Source: a virus. From it: 41,850 nucleotides of DNA. Below, piece by piece: positions 1-10,632 of the stretch. Under the pieces are notes generated by a model. The model did no database searches. It had not been told where the DNA came from and saw only the letters and a program-made list of their open reading frames with translations. How positions within the stretch are numbered: position 1 is the first letter of the stretch; the number at the start of each line of letters is the position of its first letter. The stretch covers positions 1 through 41,850 of the IMG/VR virus record IMGVR_UViG_3300012317_000001. One strand, given 5' to 3'. A program made the translations under genes and the position numbers.

Positions 1-127
1 AAGAGTTAAATACTCAATTAAATCAAACAACACAAGCGCATAATCGTCTAGAAATGGAACAAAAACAAGGCATCTCTTCTATGGCTCAAATTAGAGCGAA
101 GATGTCGCAATTTAACGATACTCTATC
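1..127. repeat. Terminal duplication: bases 1-127 are identical to 41724-41850, marking the circular-permutation or assembly overlap
   Basis: The string aagagttaaatactcaattaaatcaaacaacacaagcgcataatcgtctagaaatggaac... at the window start is read again at 41724 onward. The offset is 41723. Confidence 0.9.
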
Positions 128-3100
128 TCTATCAAGAAGTAATCTTTCGCGTGCAGGAGAAAGTGTAAAAGCCTATGGTAATCATTTAAACACACTTAAA
201 ACTAACATGTCAGAGCAACGTGTAGTGTTAAGAGAATTAATCGCACAATACAACCATGTAGCCACTGCACAAGGACGCGACAGTCAAGAAGCTAGAGAAT
301 TATCTAGTGCTATCACTCAACAAAAAATCAAGATGAATGAACTTGAAAGCGAACTAGACCAAACAACACAAAGTTATAAGCAATTAGAAACAGAACAACG
401 GAATGCACAACGTTTAGCATCTAGTGGGTTTGGTAGAAGTATTCAAAGTGTTAATAAGTATAAAGATTCAATTAGAAATGTAGGCTCTACTATGAGAAGT
501 GTAGGATCTACTTCAATGCTTTATATGACTATGCCAGCAGTTGCAGGTATGGGGACAGCTATCAAATCTTCTATTGATTGGGAACAAGCTTTAGCAGGTG
601 TTGCTAAAACAACTAATATGAGTGGTAGCGAATTAAATAAAATGGGCAATGAGATTACTAAAATGAGTAATACAATGCCATTCGCTGCAACAGAAATAGC
701 AGGAGTAGCAGAAGCTGCAGGGCAACTAGGGATCAAGAAACAGGATATCACTTCATTCACTAGAACAATGATGAACTTAGGTGTAGCTACAAACCTTACT
801 GCAGATGAAGCAGCAACAGAGTTTGCAAGATTTGCTAATGCTGCAAATATGCCAATAAAAGATGTAGATAGATTAGGTTCAACAGTTGTCGCTTTAGGTA
901 ACAGTACAGCCACAACTGAAAAAGAAATTGTTGAAATGGCACAACGTTTAGCTGGTGCAGGCGCACAAGCAGGTTTTAGTTCTGATGAAATTATGTCAGT
1001 CAGTGCAGCGATGTCATCAGTAGGAATCGAGGCAGAAGCCGGCGGTACTGCCATGACACAAATTTGGAATAAGATGACCAAAGCTGTTGCTGAAGGTGGC
1101 GACACTTTAGATAGCTTTGCTAAAACTGCAGGCGTTAGTGGTAAAGAATTTGCACAAATTTGGGAAAATAACCCAAGTAAAGCATTATCAATGTTCGTTA
1201 AAGGTTTAGGAGAAACTGAAGGTGGAGCAAAAGGAGTATTAAAAGCCTTAGACGATGTAGGTATCAAAGGAATAAGAGAAGCCGATACTATTAGACGTAT
1301 GGCTAACAATCATCAAGTTCTAGATAAAGCACTTAAAACAGGCTCAGAAGGTTGGAAAGAAAATAGTGCTTTAACTAATGAAGCTAACATCCGTTATGAA
1401 ACAATGGGTAGTAAGTTGAAAATGTTAAAAAACACTTTCATCAACTTTGCTAGAACAATTGGAGATGCAGTTGCACCTATCGTTTCATTCTTAGCAGATA
1501 AGTTGACTGGACTATTCGAACACTTACAAGGGACAAGTAATGCTACTAAGATAGCAATCGCAGCATTCACTTTATTAGGTGCTGCCATACCTCCACTTAT
1601 TGTTGCAACTGGTGTATTAGCACATAGCATTGTAGGTATATCAGAAGCTATGACATTGTTAAATGCTACTAAAGGCGGTGCTAAGTTCTTTAGTCTATTT
1701 GATGGTGGAATTAAAGGAATTTTACCTAAGATAGGCCAACTACTTACTAAGATACCTTTAATTGGTGGCTTAATGACTGCATTAACAGGTCCAGTTGGTA
1801 TCGCAGTTGCAGCTATTGCAGGAATAGGAACAGCCTTTGTAGTTGCTTATAAAAAATCAGAAACATTTAGAAATATCGTTAATTCTGTAATAGATCCAGT
1901 TATTAATAGTTTCAAAAAAATGTGGAATGTAGTGAAATCTATATTCAATGCAATGAAGCAATTATTGTCTGGAAACTTTTTACCAACACTTGATTTACTT
2001 TCAAAGATAATGCCAAAAGAAACAGCAACTAAATTGACAATGAGATTGTTACAAATCCGTCAATTATTTGTAGATGCTTTTAATTCTATATTCAATTTTG
2101 CCAAAGAAATCGGTAAAAAATTGACAGATTTTTGGGCTAAAAATGGCGATACTGTTATACAAGCACTTAAAAACATTGGTAATTTCTTTGTTGACTTTTT
2201 TGTATATCTTAAAGAATTGATCGGACCAAACCTTAGAGATTTAGGTAACTTAGTTCGAGTAATATTTATGAATGTTCTTGTTCCAGTAATTAAGGGTGCT
2301 ATGAATATCATTTTAGGCATAATGAAATTTGTATGGCCTTTTATTAAAGTTCTTGTAGTAGATACTTGGAATAATATCAAAAATATCATTAGAGCTGCGT
2401 TAGATGTGATACTAGGTATTGTTAAAATTTTCTCCGGCATTTTCACAGGACAGTGGAAATTAGTTTGGGAAGGTGTCAAACAAGTATTTAAAGGCGCATT
2501 AGTTTTAATCTGGAACTTAATACAATTATGGTTTATCGGAAAAATATTGAAAGTTGTAAAAATATTTGGTGGTTTCTTTAAATCAGTTATTAGCAAATCA
2601 TTTAATGGTGTAAAAACAATCATTGGCACTGTTTTAAGATTTATATGGAACATTATTAGTACAATATTTAGAAAAATTTTGTCAATAACTCAAACAATAT
2701 TTGGTGCAGTTCGCAGATTTATAAGCGTTGTTTTCCATGCAATAAAAAATGTTGTAGTAAATTCAGTGAAAGCTATCTTTAACGGAGTGAAAAGATGGTT
2801 TACTGCAGTTAAGAATATTACACATACAATATTCAGCGCTTTAAAGCAATTTATGTATAAGATTTGGACTTCTATAAAAAATAAAGTTGTTTCTTTAGCT
2901 AAAGCTTTAAGCAACGGCGTTAAAAATATATTTAATAGTTTATCTAAAGTAACACGTAGCATTTTCAATAAACTGAAAAGCTTTATGTCAAATGTATGGC
3001 GCAACATAAAAAATACTGTTATTAAATTAGCAAAAGGTCTGTGGAACGGTATTAAAGCTACATGGAACATTTTGTCTAAAGTAACACGCAGTATCTTTAA

Positions 3101-5624
3101 TAAGCTGAAAAAATTCTTATCTAATGTATGGCGTAGCATTAAGAATACTACTGTTAAACTTGCTAAAGGTCTATGGTCAGGCGTGAAAGCTATATGGAAC
3201 ACTTTATCGCGATTTACACACCGTATATTCAATAAAATCAAGAATTTCATGAGTAGTGTTTGGCGTAATATTAAAAATACAACAGTAAGGTTAGCTAAAG
3301 CGCTATGGTCTGGTGTCAAAAATACATTTAATAGCTTATACAACGGAACTAGAAGAATTTTTAATAAAGTAAAAAACTTTATGAGTAATATTTGGCGTAA
3401 CATCAAGAATACAACAGTAAGATTAGTAAAATCTCTATGGAGTAGCGTCAAAGGTACTTGGAGTAGTTTATCAAATGGAACGCGTAACATTTTCAACAAA
3501 GTTAAAGGTTTTATGTCTAATACTTGGAGAAGCATCAAGAATACAACAGTTAACATGGCTAAAGGACTATGGAACAGCGTTCGAAGAACATTCAATAATA
3601 TGAATAGTGGACTTAAAAATATTATTGGGAAAATCAAAGGCCATATCACTGGAATGGTTACGGCCGTTAAAAGAGGTTTAAACAAATTAATTGATGGTGT
3701 TAACTGGGTAGCTAAAAAATTAGATATGCCTAAGTTACCTAAAATAAAACTCTCTACTGGTACAGAAAGTACACATACCCAAAATTATGTAACTAATGGT
3801 AAATTAAATCGAAATACATTAGCAACTGTAGGAGATAAAGGTCCAGGCAATGGTCCAGGTGGTTTTAGACATGAAACAGTTATTCCGCCTAGCGGTAAAG
3901 CTTTCATCACACCAGCTACAGATACAACAATTCCACTTGCCAAAGGAACTCGTATTTTAAATGGCGCACAAACGCATAGTTTACTTAATAAACCACAATT
4001 TAACAGCGGTACAATACCGAAATTTAGTTTGGGTACAACATTCGCCAATTTACTTGGTGGTGGTAAAAAGCCAAAAAAACATAAAAAAGATGACAATTTA
4101 GTGGGCGACGTAGCTCAAAAAACTAAAGACGGCGTTAAAGCTATGACTGGTAAAGTTGTAGAAGGTGGAAAAGCAGTCGTTGGCAGTGCATTGAACGCTG
4201 CTAAAAAAGGTAAAGATTGGCTATCTGATAAAATTGGTGATGTACTAGATTGGATAGAAAAGCCAAAAAAATTATTAGAAAAAGTATTTGAAGGTTTCGG
4301 TATTAACATGGCTTCATTTGGCATACCTAAAGGTGCTGAATTACCATTTAACCTTATGAAAGGTATGTTTAAAAAATTAAAAGAAGCAGCCGTTAATAAA
4401 GTTAAAGAATGGTTTGAACAAGCTGGCGGCGGCGACGGTGGATATATCGACCTTTCAAAAGGTATCAACTTTGGATTTGCAAGGACAGCTGCAGAAGCAC
4501 GAGCTAAAGGCTATCCTTTCAACAGACCTCATCACGGATTAGATATCAACTATAAACACGATAAAGTTTATTCAACTATGAGTGGTACAGCAAAAGCCTT
4601 TACTGGTTGGAGTAGTGGCTTTGGTAATCACATGGAAGTCACTAACGGTAACTTAAAATCTATTTACGGCCACTTACACAAACTAGCCTTTCACGGTACT
4701 AAAAAAGTAAGACCGGGTACACTTTTAGGCGTATCCGGTGGCGATCCTAGAGAGGACGGACAAAACGCTGGTAGTTCAACAGGACTTCATTTACATTACG
4801 AAATGCAACGTAACGGACGACCGTTTGACCCTACTAAATGGCTAAAAACACATAACGGTGGTGGAAGTCAAAACAAATCAGCAAGCAAGTGGAAAGGCGA
4901 TATCAAACGAGCAGCTAAGAAAATGAAAGTTAATTTATCTAACAGAGAATTAAACGGTATCGTTGCACAAATTGCTAGAGAGTCCAATGGTAACGCTGGA
5001 GTAACACAAGGTAACATCGGCGATATTAATAACTTACGTGGAACACCAGCGCAAGGTTTATTACAATACGTACCAAGTACTTTCAACTCGTACAAGGTTA
5101 AAGGACATGGCAATATTAAAAATGGTTACGACCAATTACTTGCGTTCTTTAATAACTCTAACTGGCGCAGAGATTTACCTTATGGTAAAAGTGGTTGGGG
5201 GCCAACTGGTTCAAGACGTTTTGCCACAGGTGGTTTAATCAAATCTTCAGGTTGGTACAACATTGCAGAAGGTGGTTATCCTGAATGGATAATTCCTACT
5301 GATCCATCTAGACGCAATGACGCTATGAAGATGTTGGCACTTGCAGCACAAGATATAAATAAGAAAAGTAGCACTAGAGGAAATAAACGACCTAATAACT
5401 TAAAAACACCAAATAACCTTTATTCAAATAATAATGATGAGTTATTACTACAAATGATTGAACAACAACAACAACAAATTAATTTATTAATGGAAATTGC
5501 TAGAAGTAATAGAGGTATTGAAAGTAAAGACAATAATGTCTATCTTGATGGTCGTTCGTTAAATAAAAACAACAATGAACATCAAGCATTAAATATGAAA
5601 ACTAGATTAATGGGAGGTCGTTAA
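1..5624 (+). CDS. Tail tape measure protein, continuation (C-terminal about 1870 aa); true start is the GTG at 40727 across the window junction
   Basis: Track ORF 54..5624. Reading frame is open from base 1 with first full codon at 3, in frame with 40727..41850 after subtracting 41723. Product is alpha-helical and Ala/Gly-rich with 44-aa tandem repeats. Near the C-terminus is a peptidase M23-like block (HHGLDINY...GNHMEV...GLHLHYE). After it is a lytic-transglycosylase-like block (NGIVAQIARESNGNAGVTQGN...GLLQYVPSTFNSY). Confidence 0.85.
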   Translation, partial: ELNTQLNQTTQAHNRLEMEQKQGISSMAQIRAKMSQFNDTLSLSRSNLSRAGESVKAYGNHLNTLKTNMSEQRVVLRELIAQYNHVATAQGRDSQEARELSSAITQQKIKMNELESELDQTTQSYKQLETEQRNAQRLASSGFGRSIQSVNKYKDSIRNVGSTMRSVGSTSMLYMTMPAVAGMGTAIKSSIDWEQALAGVAKTTNMSGSELNKMGNEITKMSNTMPFAATEIAGVAEAAGQLGIKKQDITSFTRTMMNLGVATNLTADEAATEFARFANAANMPIKDVDRLGSTVVALGNSTATTEKEIVEMAQRLAGAGAQAGFSSDEIMSVSAAMSSVGIEAEAGGTAMTQIWNKMTKAVAEGGDTLDSFAKTAGVSGKEFAQIWENNPSKALSMFVKGLGETEGGAKGVLKALDDVGIKGIREADTIRRMANNHQVLDKALKTGSEGWKENSALTNEANIRYETMGSKLKMLKNTFINFARTIGDAVAPIVSFLADKLTGLFEHLQGTSNATKIAIAAFTLLGAAIPPLIVATGVLAHSIVGISEAMTLLNATKGGAKFFSLFDGGIKGILPKIGQLLTKIPLIGGLMTALTGPVGIAVAAIAGIGTAFVVAYKKSETFRNIVNSVIDPVINSFKKMWNVVKSIFNAMKQLLSGNFLPTLDLLSKIMPKETATKLTMRLLQIRQLFVDAFNSIFNFAKEIGKKLTDFWAKNGDTVIQALKNIGNFFVDFFVYLKELIGPNLRDLGNLVRVIFMNVLVPVIKGAMNIILGIMKFVWPFIKVLVVDTWNNIKNIIRAALDVILGIVKIFSGIFTGQWKLVWEGVKQVFKGALVLIWNLIQLWFIGKILKVVKIFGGFFKSVISKSFNGVKTIIGTVLRFIWNIISTIFRKILSITQTIFGAVRRFISVVFHAIKNVVVNSVKAIFNGVKRWFTAVKNITHTIFSALKQFMYKIWTSIKNKVVSLAKALSNGVKNIFNSLSKVTRSIFNKLKSFMSNVWRNIKNTVIKLAKGLWNGIKATWNILSKVTRSIFNKLKKFLSNVWRSIKNTTVKLAKGLWSGVKAIWNTLSRFTHRIFNKIKNFMSSVWRNIKNTTVRLAKALWSGVKNTFNSLYNGTRRIFNKVKNFMSNIWRNIKNTTVRLVKSLWSSVKGTWSSLSNGTRNIFNKVKGFMSNTWRSIKNTTVNMAKGLWNSVRRTFNNMNSGLKNIIGKIKGHITGMVTAVKRGLNKLIDGVNWVAKKLDMPKLPKIKLSTGTESTHTQNYVTNGKLNRNTLATVGDKGPGNGPGGFRHETVIPPSGKAFITPATDTTIPLAKGTRILNGAQTHSLLNKPQFNSGTIPKFSLGTTFANLLGGGKKPKKHKKDDNLVGDVAQKTKDGVKAMTGKVVEGGKAVVGSALNAAKKGKDWLSDKIGDVLDWIEKPKKLLEKVFEGFGINMASFGIPKGAELPFNLMKGMFKKLKEAAVNKVKEWFEQAGGGDGGYIDLSKGINFGFARTAAEARAKGYPFNRPHHGLDINYKHDKVYSTMSGTAKAFTGWSSGFGNHMEVTNGNLKSIYGHLHKLAFHGTKKVRPGTLLGVSGGDPREDGQNAGSSTGLHLHYEMQRNGRPFDPTKWLKTHNGGGSQNKSASKWKGDIKRAAKKMKVNLSNRELNGIVAQIARESNGNAGVTQGNIGDINNLRGTPAQGLLQYVPSTFNSYKVKGHGNIKNGYDQLLAFFNNSNWRRDLPYGKSGWGPTGSRRFATGGLIKSSGWYNIAEGGYPEWIIPTDPSRRNDAMKMLALAAQDINKKSSTRGNKRPNNLKTPNNLYSNNNDELLLQMIEQQQQQINLLMEIARSNRGIESKDNNVYLDGRSLNKNNNEHQALNMKTRLMGGR
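2690..3620 (+). repeat. About 7 tandem 132-bp (44-aa) in-frame repeats inside the tape measure gene
   Basis: Recurring aatgtatggcg[ct]a[ag]cat[ta]aa[ag]aatac units at about 2991, 3123, 3255, 3387 and 3519. Protein repeat is SIFNKLKxFMSNVWRNIKNTxVKLAKGLWxGVKxxWNxLSxxTR. Boundaries are approximate. Confidence 0.8.
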
Positions 5625-5626
5625 GG

Positions 5627-6460
5627 TTGCCATTTACTATTTTCGATCCAAATATGAAAAAGATAGATTATCCAGTTGGCGTTTTGCCACTGGATTTTTT
5701 AGTATCTGCAATTGAAAAAGAGAGATATGTAGAAAATATAAAAGGAATACCCGGTCCAATAAACTATGGTTTTGATTATAAAGATAGAGAAGTGACATTA
5801 AACTTTTGGCTTAGACATTATCATGGTGAACACGACCAAAAGTTACTTAAAAGCGAATTATACGCTATGTTGGATAGTCAACCTTACTTTTATGTTAGTG
5901 ATGACAGACTCCCAACTAGAGTTCTTAAATTAGCGATAGATGAACCATATTTACCTGATAGAATTAACGGGTCAAACATTTCTACTTTAGAAGTAAAGTG
6001 CCAAATTATTGGTTTACCTTTCTGGCGTACTAAATATACAACTCAAGATATACAAAGCACAGAATATTCAGCGTTTGTTGAAAAATATGGTACTGCAGAT
6101 GGTATTAATATTGACTTACCTAATTACTCATTTACAGATAGTACTTTTTCTGTATGGAACGGGGGTAACGTAGCTATTGACCCTCGAAACATGCCTTTAA
6201 GTATCATGATTTATGATGTTACGAGTGATAATAACTTTACTGTAGAAAATTTAACTACTGGTGAAAAATTTATAGCACAAAGGTCGTTGTATAAACACAG
6301 TGTTAATTTAAAGGGAGCTATGTTTTTGCTTAATAAATTAAATAGATTAAGAGAATCAAACAGAAAATTTATAAGTCTTGCTCCTGGTGAAAACAAAATA
6401 AAAATTTCTAACGGAAGTTTCAAAAAAATAGATTTTGAATTTCCGTTTTTCTATAAATAA
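5627..6460 (+). CDS. Distal tail protein (Dit-like siphovirus tail component)
   Basis: Track ORF, 277 aa. Sits directly after the TMP, the canonical Dit position, with a 2-nt gap suggesting translational coupling. Family assignment is by position and size only. Confidence 0.55.
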   Translation: MPFTIFDPNMKKIDYPVGVLPLDFLVSAIEKERYVENIKGIPGPINYGFDYKDREVTLNFWLRHYHGEHDQKLLKSELYAMLDSQPYFYVSDDRLPTRVLKLAIDEPYLPDRINGSNISTLEVKCQIIGLPFWRTKYTTQDIQSTEYSAFVEKYGTADGINIDLPNYSFTDSTFSVWNGGNVAIDPRNMPLSIMIYDVTSDNNFTVENLTTGEKFIAQRSLYKHSVNLKGAMFLLNKLNRLRESNRKFISLAPGENKIKISNGSFKKIDFEFPFFYK

Positions 6461-6471
6461 GGAGTGGTACT

Positions 6472-8397
6472 ATGTCAAGGAAAGTTATTGATGGTATTTG
6501 GGATAGAGAAAATTTAAAAAATATTAATGATAATTTTTATGAATTATTTCAAAGTAAGGGAGCGCAAGTATCTTTATTAAGAAATTTAATGGGAAGCACT
6601 GATAATCTACTTGCAGTTCCACCATTAGGAAAGAGTATAAAATGGTATGCCTCTGAAACAAATGATCCATATTATAATGGGATAATGAGTTTAAAAACAA
6701 TTCCATCTATTTCAATGAATCCAGATACATCTTTTGATATTGATGCATCTGGATATTTTTTCTATTCATTGAAGGCAGTAGACAAATTAGCACCTGGTCA
6801 AGTTATGTCTTTGTTAGTTTATACAACAAGTAAAGATAATAACTTTAAATTAGAATATATTTTTAGTGACGTAAATGGGTCTCGTTTGCAAGTGAACACA
6901 GTTAATGAAACTTCTACGGGAGTTTACCTAGAAGAAGGTATCGAAATACCAGCTAATACAAATAAAATAGACATTCGTTTAGATAATAGAAGTGCTATGT
7001 CTACAACTAAAATTAATAAATTTATAGTCATTGCAAGTGAAAAATTCGGGTTATTTAATTTTGATTCAAATCAACTTAAATATGATTTGGATGTTCAGTC
7101 AAGTGAAATTAATGCTATTAAAGAAAAAATATCCAGTAATAAAGAATCGAATGAGAAAGGTGTTACAATCTCATATCATCAACCGTCTGAGTTTAATTTA
7201 AAAGATCATATTCTGAAAGGTAAAATTTACACTGATGGTAAAAGCAAATTCAGAACTGATTTAGACGTTTCAACTCTTAAAAATCCTACAGGGCAAACGT
7301 ATTATGTTTCAGGAAATGGGTCTAATTCAAATGATGGGCTAAGTGAAAGTAATCCACTAGCTGATATATATGCAGCGATGAAAAAAACAGATGTAAACAC
7401 AATCATGATTGACGGTAATTATACTTATTATCGTTCTTCTGGATACGCAATGGGCGAAGTAAGTAATAACATTAATATTATTGGATATAACGGCAAGCCA
7501 CGTATTATAGCTGCAGATTCATTAAACTTCAGTAAAACAAGTGGATATACAAATGTGTATCAAGCAAGTCGTTCGGCAGTTTCTCGTATTATAAATGTAA
7601 ACGAAACAGATGATAACGGTGATTATATTGAATTAAAAAAAGTAAATAGTATAAGTGAAGTCGAACAAAGTCCAAATTCTTGGTTTACTTCTTCGGGTAT
7701 TGTTTATGTAAATTATTCTGATGAACAAATCGACAATCATATTGCTTGTTTAATGAATATCAACTTACTTAGAATTTCTGGAGATTACAATGTATATTTA
7801 GAAAATCTTGAGTTTGTAGGCGGAAGTAGAAATATCCGATATGAAACATCAACAGGATCGTTAGTGATGAACGATGTTAAATTATCTTATTCATCACAAT
7901 CAAATGGTAACGGTTTGGAAATGGTTGGTGGCACTTACGTAATATCTTATAAATGTGAATCTTCTAAACAAATGATGGACGGATTTAATTATCATAAAGG
8001 AGCTAATGGAGAGCTTCCATATTTCATAGAGATTGATTGTATCGGTCGAGATAATGGGTTTGAACAAGGGACAGGTGGTAGTAAATCAAATAACGGATCA
8101 ACTGCACATGATGGTATTAAAGGTATACGTCTAAATGGATTATATGCACGTAATGACGGAGGGAATGTAGCAGATGTAAATGTTGGCACGCAAACTTGGA
8201 ACTTAGGTGTGGTGGCTTTTGATTCATATCAAAATTCAGATTTCCAAATTGCAGCTGGAGGTCAACAATTTTTAGATAGTTGTGAAGGGTTTGGTAGTCA
8301 ATATTCTATACAATCATTAAATGAAGAAGATAAATTTTGTTTAAGAAGAATGAAAATACAGTCAGAAAGTGTACTAGGTACAAAAACGATATATTGA
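6472..8397 (+). CDS. Tail protein with pectin/pectate-lyase-like right-handed beta-helix domain (candidate polysaccharide depolymerase or tail fibre)
   Basis: Track ORF, 641 aa. The central motif TYYVSGNGSNSNDGLSESNPLADIYAAMKKTDVNTIMIDGNYTY matches the characteristic N-cap of pectate-lyase-fold beta-helix proteins (YYVSxxGsDsNdGs...P..TI..A.....TI.l.GtY). The downstream sequence is Asn/Gly/Ser-rich. Confidence 0.55.
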   Translation: MSRKVIDGIWDRENLKNINDNFYELFQSKGAQVSLLRNLMGSTDNLLAVPPLGKSIKWYASETNDPYYNGIMSLKTIPSISMNPDTSFDIDASGYFFYSLKAVDKLAPGQVMSLLVYTTSKDNNFKLEYIFSDVNGSRLQVNTVNETSTGVYLEEGIEIPANTNKIDIRLDNRSAMSTTKINKFIVIASEKFGLFNFDSNQLKYDLDVQSSEINAIKEKISSNKESNEKGVTISYHQPSEFNLKDHILKGKIYTDGKSKFRTDLDVSTLKNPTGQTYYVSGNGSNSNDGLSESNPLADIYAAMKKTDVNTIMIDGNYTYYRSSGYAMGEVSNNINIIGYNGKPRIIAADSLNFSKTSGYTNVYQASRSAVSRIINVNETDDNGDYIELKKVNSISEVEQSPNSWFTSSGIVYVNYSDEQIDNHIACLMNINLLRISGDYNVYLENLEFVGGSRNIRYETSTGSLVMNDVKLSYSSQSNGNGLEMVGGTYVISYKCESSKQMMDGFNYHKGANGELPYFIEIDCIGRDNGFEQGTGGSKSNNGSTAHDGIKGIRLNGLYARNDGGNVADVNVGTQTWNLGVVAFDSYQNSDFQIAAGGQQFLDSCEGFGSQYSIQSLNEEDKFCLRRMKIQSESVLGTKTIY

Positions 8398-8408
8398 GGT
8401 GAAAAACA

Positions 8409-10628
8409 ATGCTATACATTCGTTCACAATTTAGGAATATATATGATGAATTAGTATTTAATGGCAAAGGATATTACCCTAATAACTCAAATGGTGCATT
8501 TTCAGTAGATACTAATATGATAACTTATTCAAGAATAACCACTGATAAAACTGTTGGTGGTTATATTATTTTTAATCAATATACCACTTCCTATTTTTAT
8601 ATGACATTTTGGGATGTAAACATTAATCAAATCAGTACACAAAAATGTGAAATTATTAACGGGACATACAAAATCAAAACAGTACCTAAAAATGCTGATT
8701 GGGTTTCGTTTAGTTTCTTTAATGATCAAACAGATATCGATTTATATAAAATAGGAGAAACTTATCCACTTGATGCAGCTATAAAACATGAACAAGAATT
8801 AAATGGTGATGAAAGAATTGATTTAACTATTGAATATACAGAAAACAATAAACAATTCTTAGATTACTATGAAGATATTAATATGTGGTTGATTGAATAC
8901 GATAATAAAGAGTATGTCATTATTAACGAAGAACGTTATGGTAACGGTAATTATCAAAAAGTAGAATGCGTGGCAGTCTTACATCAATTATTTAGATTGA
9001 ATACGGATAGAATATATAAACGTTATGACGGTAGTTTTACTACTTCAGAAGCATATAATATTGTTTTTGCAAACACACCGTTTTCTTATGTTGTTGTTAA
9101 TAGTGCACCATCTTCTAGATTTGAAGGTCTAGGAGATGGAGACAGTAAATTAGAAGTATTTAAAAAACTAATTGATAGATATGGCCATGAATTTAAAATT
9201 ATTGATAATGTATTTTATTTATATTCTCGTATTGGTAATGACACTAACTTTGAATTTAGATATAAAATAAACGCTAATAATATTAAAAAATCTATTAATG
9301 CAGAAGACATGTATACGTACATTAGAGGTTATGCAGACTATTCGGATGATACAGAAGATGAAACAGATGGAACAGAAACAATTGAGATACCGATAGAAGA
9401 AAAAGCGAAGATAAAAAAAGAATATACGCACCCACTTGCTAAATTTTTAGGAAAGTTACATGCACCACGTTGGGCTGATGGAAGGTATAAAAATGAAAAA
9501 TTAGTAGAAGATACTATTAAAAAAATTGTTGATGACTCTTTAGAAATATCTTTTACTGCAGATATTGTGGATATGAGCGAACAAGGCTATCCTTATCAAG
9601 AAGCTGAGATAGGTGATAGAGTATTTCTAGTTGATGAACGTATTAATCTAGATATAGAAATACGTATAGTGAAAATAGATAAAGAGTTAGATGCTTTAGG
9701 TAATGTATTAAATTTAGAAATAACTTTCGGGACAAGCGATATCGCTGATCAGTATGAATCGAGTTTAAATACAGCAGTTAAAGATATTAATGATATTTTA
9801 CAAGGCCACAAAGCATTGCCATTTTTTGCATTGGGCGAAGTTGCACGTTCAATGATTAACAAAATTAACAATACATCAAGCGAATTAGTATTCGATGCAA
9901 ACGGTATCCATGCGATTGATAAGAACAATCCGAATAATATTGTCACTTACAACAGTAGCGGATGGTATTTGTCTACTGACGGCGGAATGACGGCAAAATC
10001 AGCTATGACTGCCGAAGGTATGGTAGCTGATGCTATTACTACAGGAACACTATCAACGCAAAATGTAACAATTGTTGGTAAGAATTCTAATATTTACATG
10101 ACTGGAGAAGAATTAGTTGCATATGACCCTAATTCTAAAAGCAGAACAACAATTAAACCTACAGGAATTAATATTACACGTCCTGATGGTGGTGTTTTTG
10201 TACAAAACGGTGTACCTAAAATGTCATTCAATATTCAACCGGTAGAATTTTACTCGTCTGACTCTGTAACATTTGGAGGTACTTTCTATAGAACTACATC
10301 ACGAGAGTACGTAAATTTTGGGAGTGTTTATACAGAACATGATGCTAGATATATAATATTTTCATATCTTGCAGATTGGGGAAATCAAAGCACTAATGCT
10401 ACTGGATATGTTGGTTTACTTATTGAAGATTTTGGTGGTAGAAACATATCGGTGGAAGAAAATATATATGTTTCTAAGAACTCAACTTTAAAACAAGGTA
10501 ATATAATGATAGATTTAGGAGTTCCGAACTATGAACCTTTATATTTTCGTATGAAATTTAAAAATAATACAAAAGCACCAGAAAACGAAGCATGTATAAG
10601 AGTCATGCGTATACACATGAGAGGATGA
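8409..10628 (+). CDS. Minor structural / tail-associated protein (Tal-like, prophage tail endopeptidase family)
   Basis: Track ORF, 739 aa, in the tail-tip gene block. The EIGDRVFLVDERINLDIEIRIVKID block resembles the prophage-tail family. Assignment is tentative. Confidence 0.45.
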   Translation: MLYIRSQFRNIYDELVFNGKGYYPNNSNGAFSVDTNMITYSRITTDKTVGGYIIFNQYTTSYFYMTFWDVNINQISTQKCEIINGTYKIKTVPKNADWVSFSFFNDQTDIDLYKIGETYPLDAAIKHEQELNGDERIDLTIEYTENNKQFLDYYEDINMWLIEYDNKEYVIINEERYGNGNYQKVECVAVLHQLFRLNTDRIYKRYDGSFTTSEAYNIVFANTPFSYVVVNSAPSSRFEGLGDGDSKLEVFKKLIDRYGHEFKIIDNVFYLYSRIGNDTNFEFRYKINANNIKKSINAEDMYTYIRGYADYSDDTEDETDGTETIEIPIEEKAKIKKEYTHPLAKFLGKLHAPRWADGRYKNEKLVEDTIKKIVDDSLEISFTADIVDMSEQGYPYQEAEIGDRVFLVDERINLDIEIRIVKIDKELDALGNVLNLEITFGTSDIADQYESSLNTAVKDINDILQGHKALPFFALGEVARSMINKINNTSSELVFDANGIHAIDKNNPNNIVTYNSSGWYLSTDGGMTAKSAMTAEGMVADAITTGTLSTQNVTIVGKNSNIYMTGEELVAYDPNSKSRTTIKPTGINITRPDGGVFVQNGVPKMSFNIQPVEFYSSDSVTFGGTFYRTTSREYVNFGSVYTEHDARYIIFSYLADWGNQSTNATGYVGLLIEDFGGRNISVEENIYVSKNSTLKQGNIMIDLGVPNYEPLYFRMKFKNNTKAPENEACIRVMRIHMRG

Positions 10629-10632
10629 TTAG

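Noticed and set aside
54-56. ATG at 54 as the tape measure start
   Set aside because: The frame is open upstream to base 1 and continuous with 40727..41850 from the other window end. The ATG is internal.
521-4468. Long minus-strand ORFs inside the tape measure gene (521..1309, 2060..2653, 2690..3685, 3785..4096, 4115..4468)
   Set aside because: They are antisense to a well-supported 6.6-kb + strand gene, low-complexity, lack an RBS, and the 331-aa one merely mirrors the tandem repeats. They are frame artefacts.
5038-5238. 66-aa + ORF overlapping the TMP 3' region and other short overlapping ORFs on the opposite strand of known genes
   Set aside because: They sit inside confidently assigned genes with no RBS. 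They are chance ORFs typical of an AT-rich genome.
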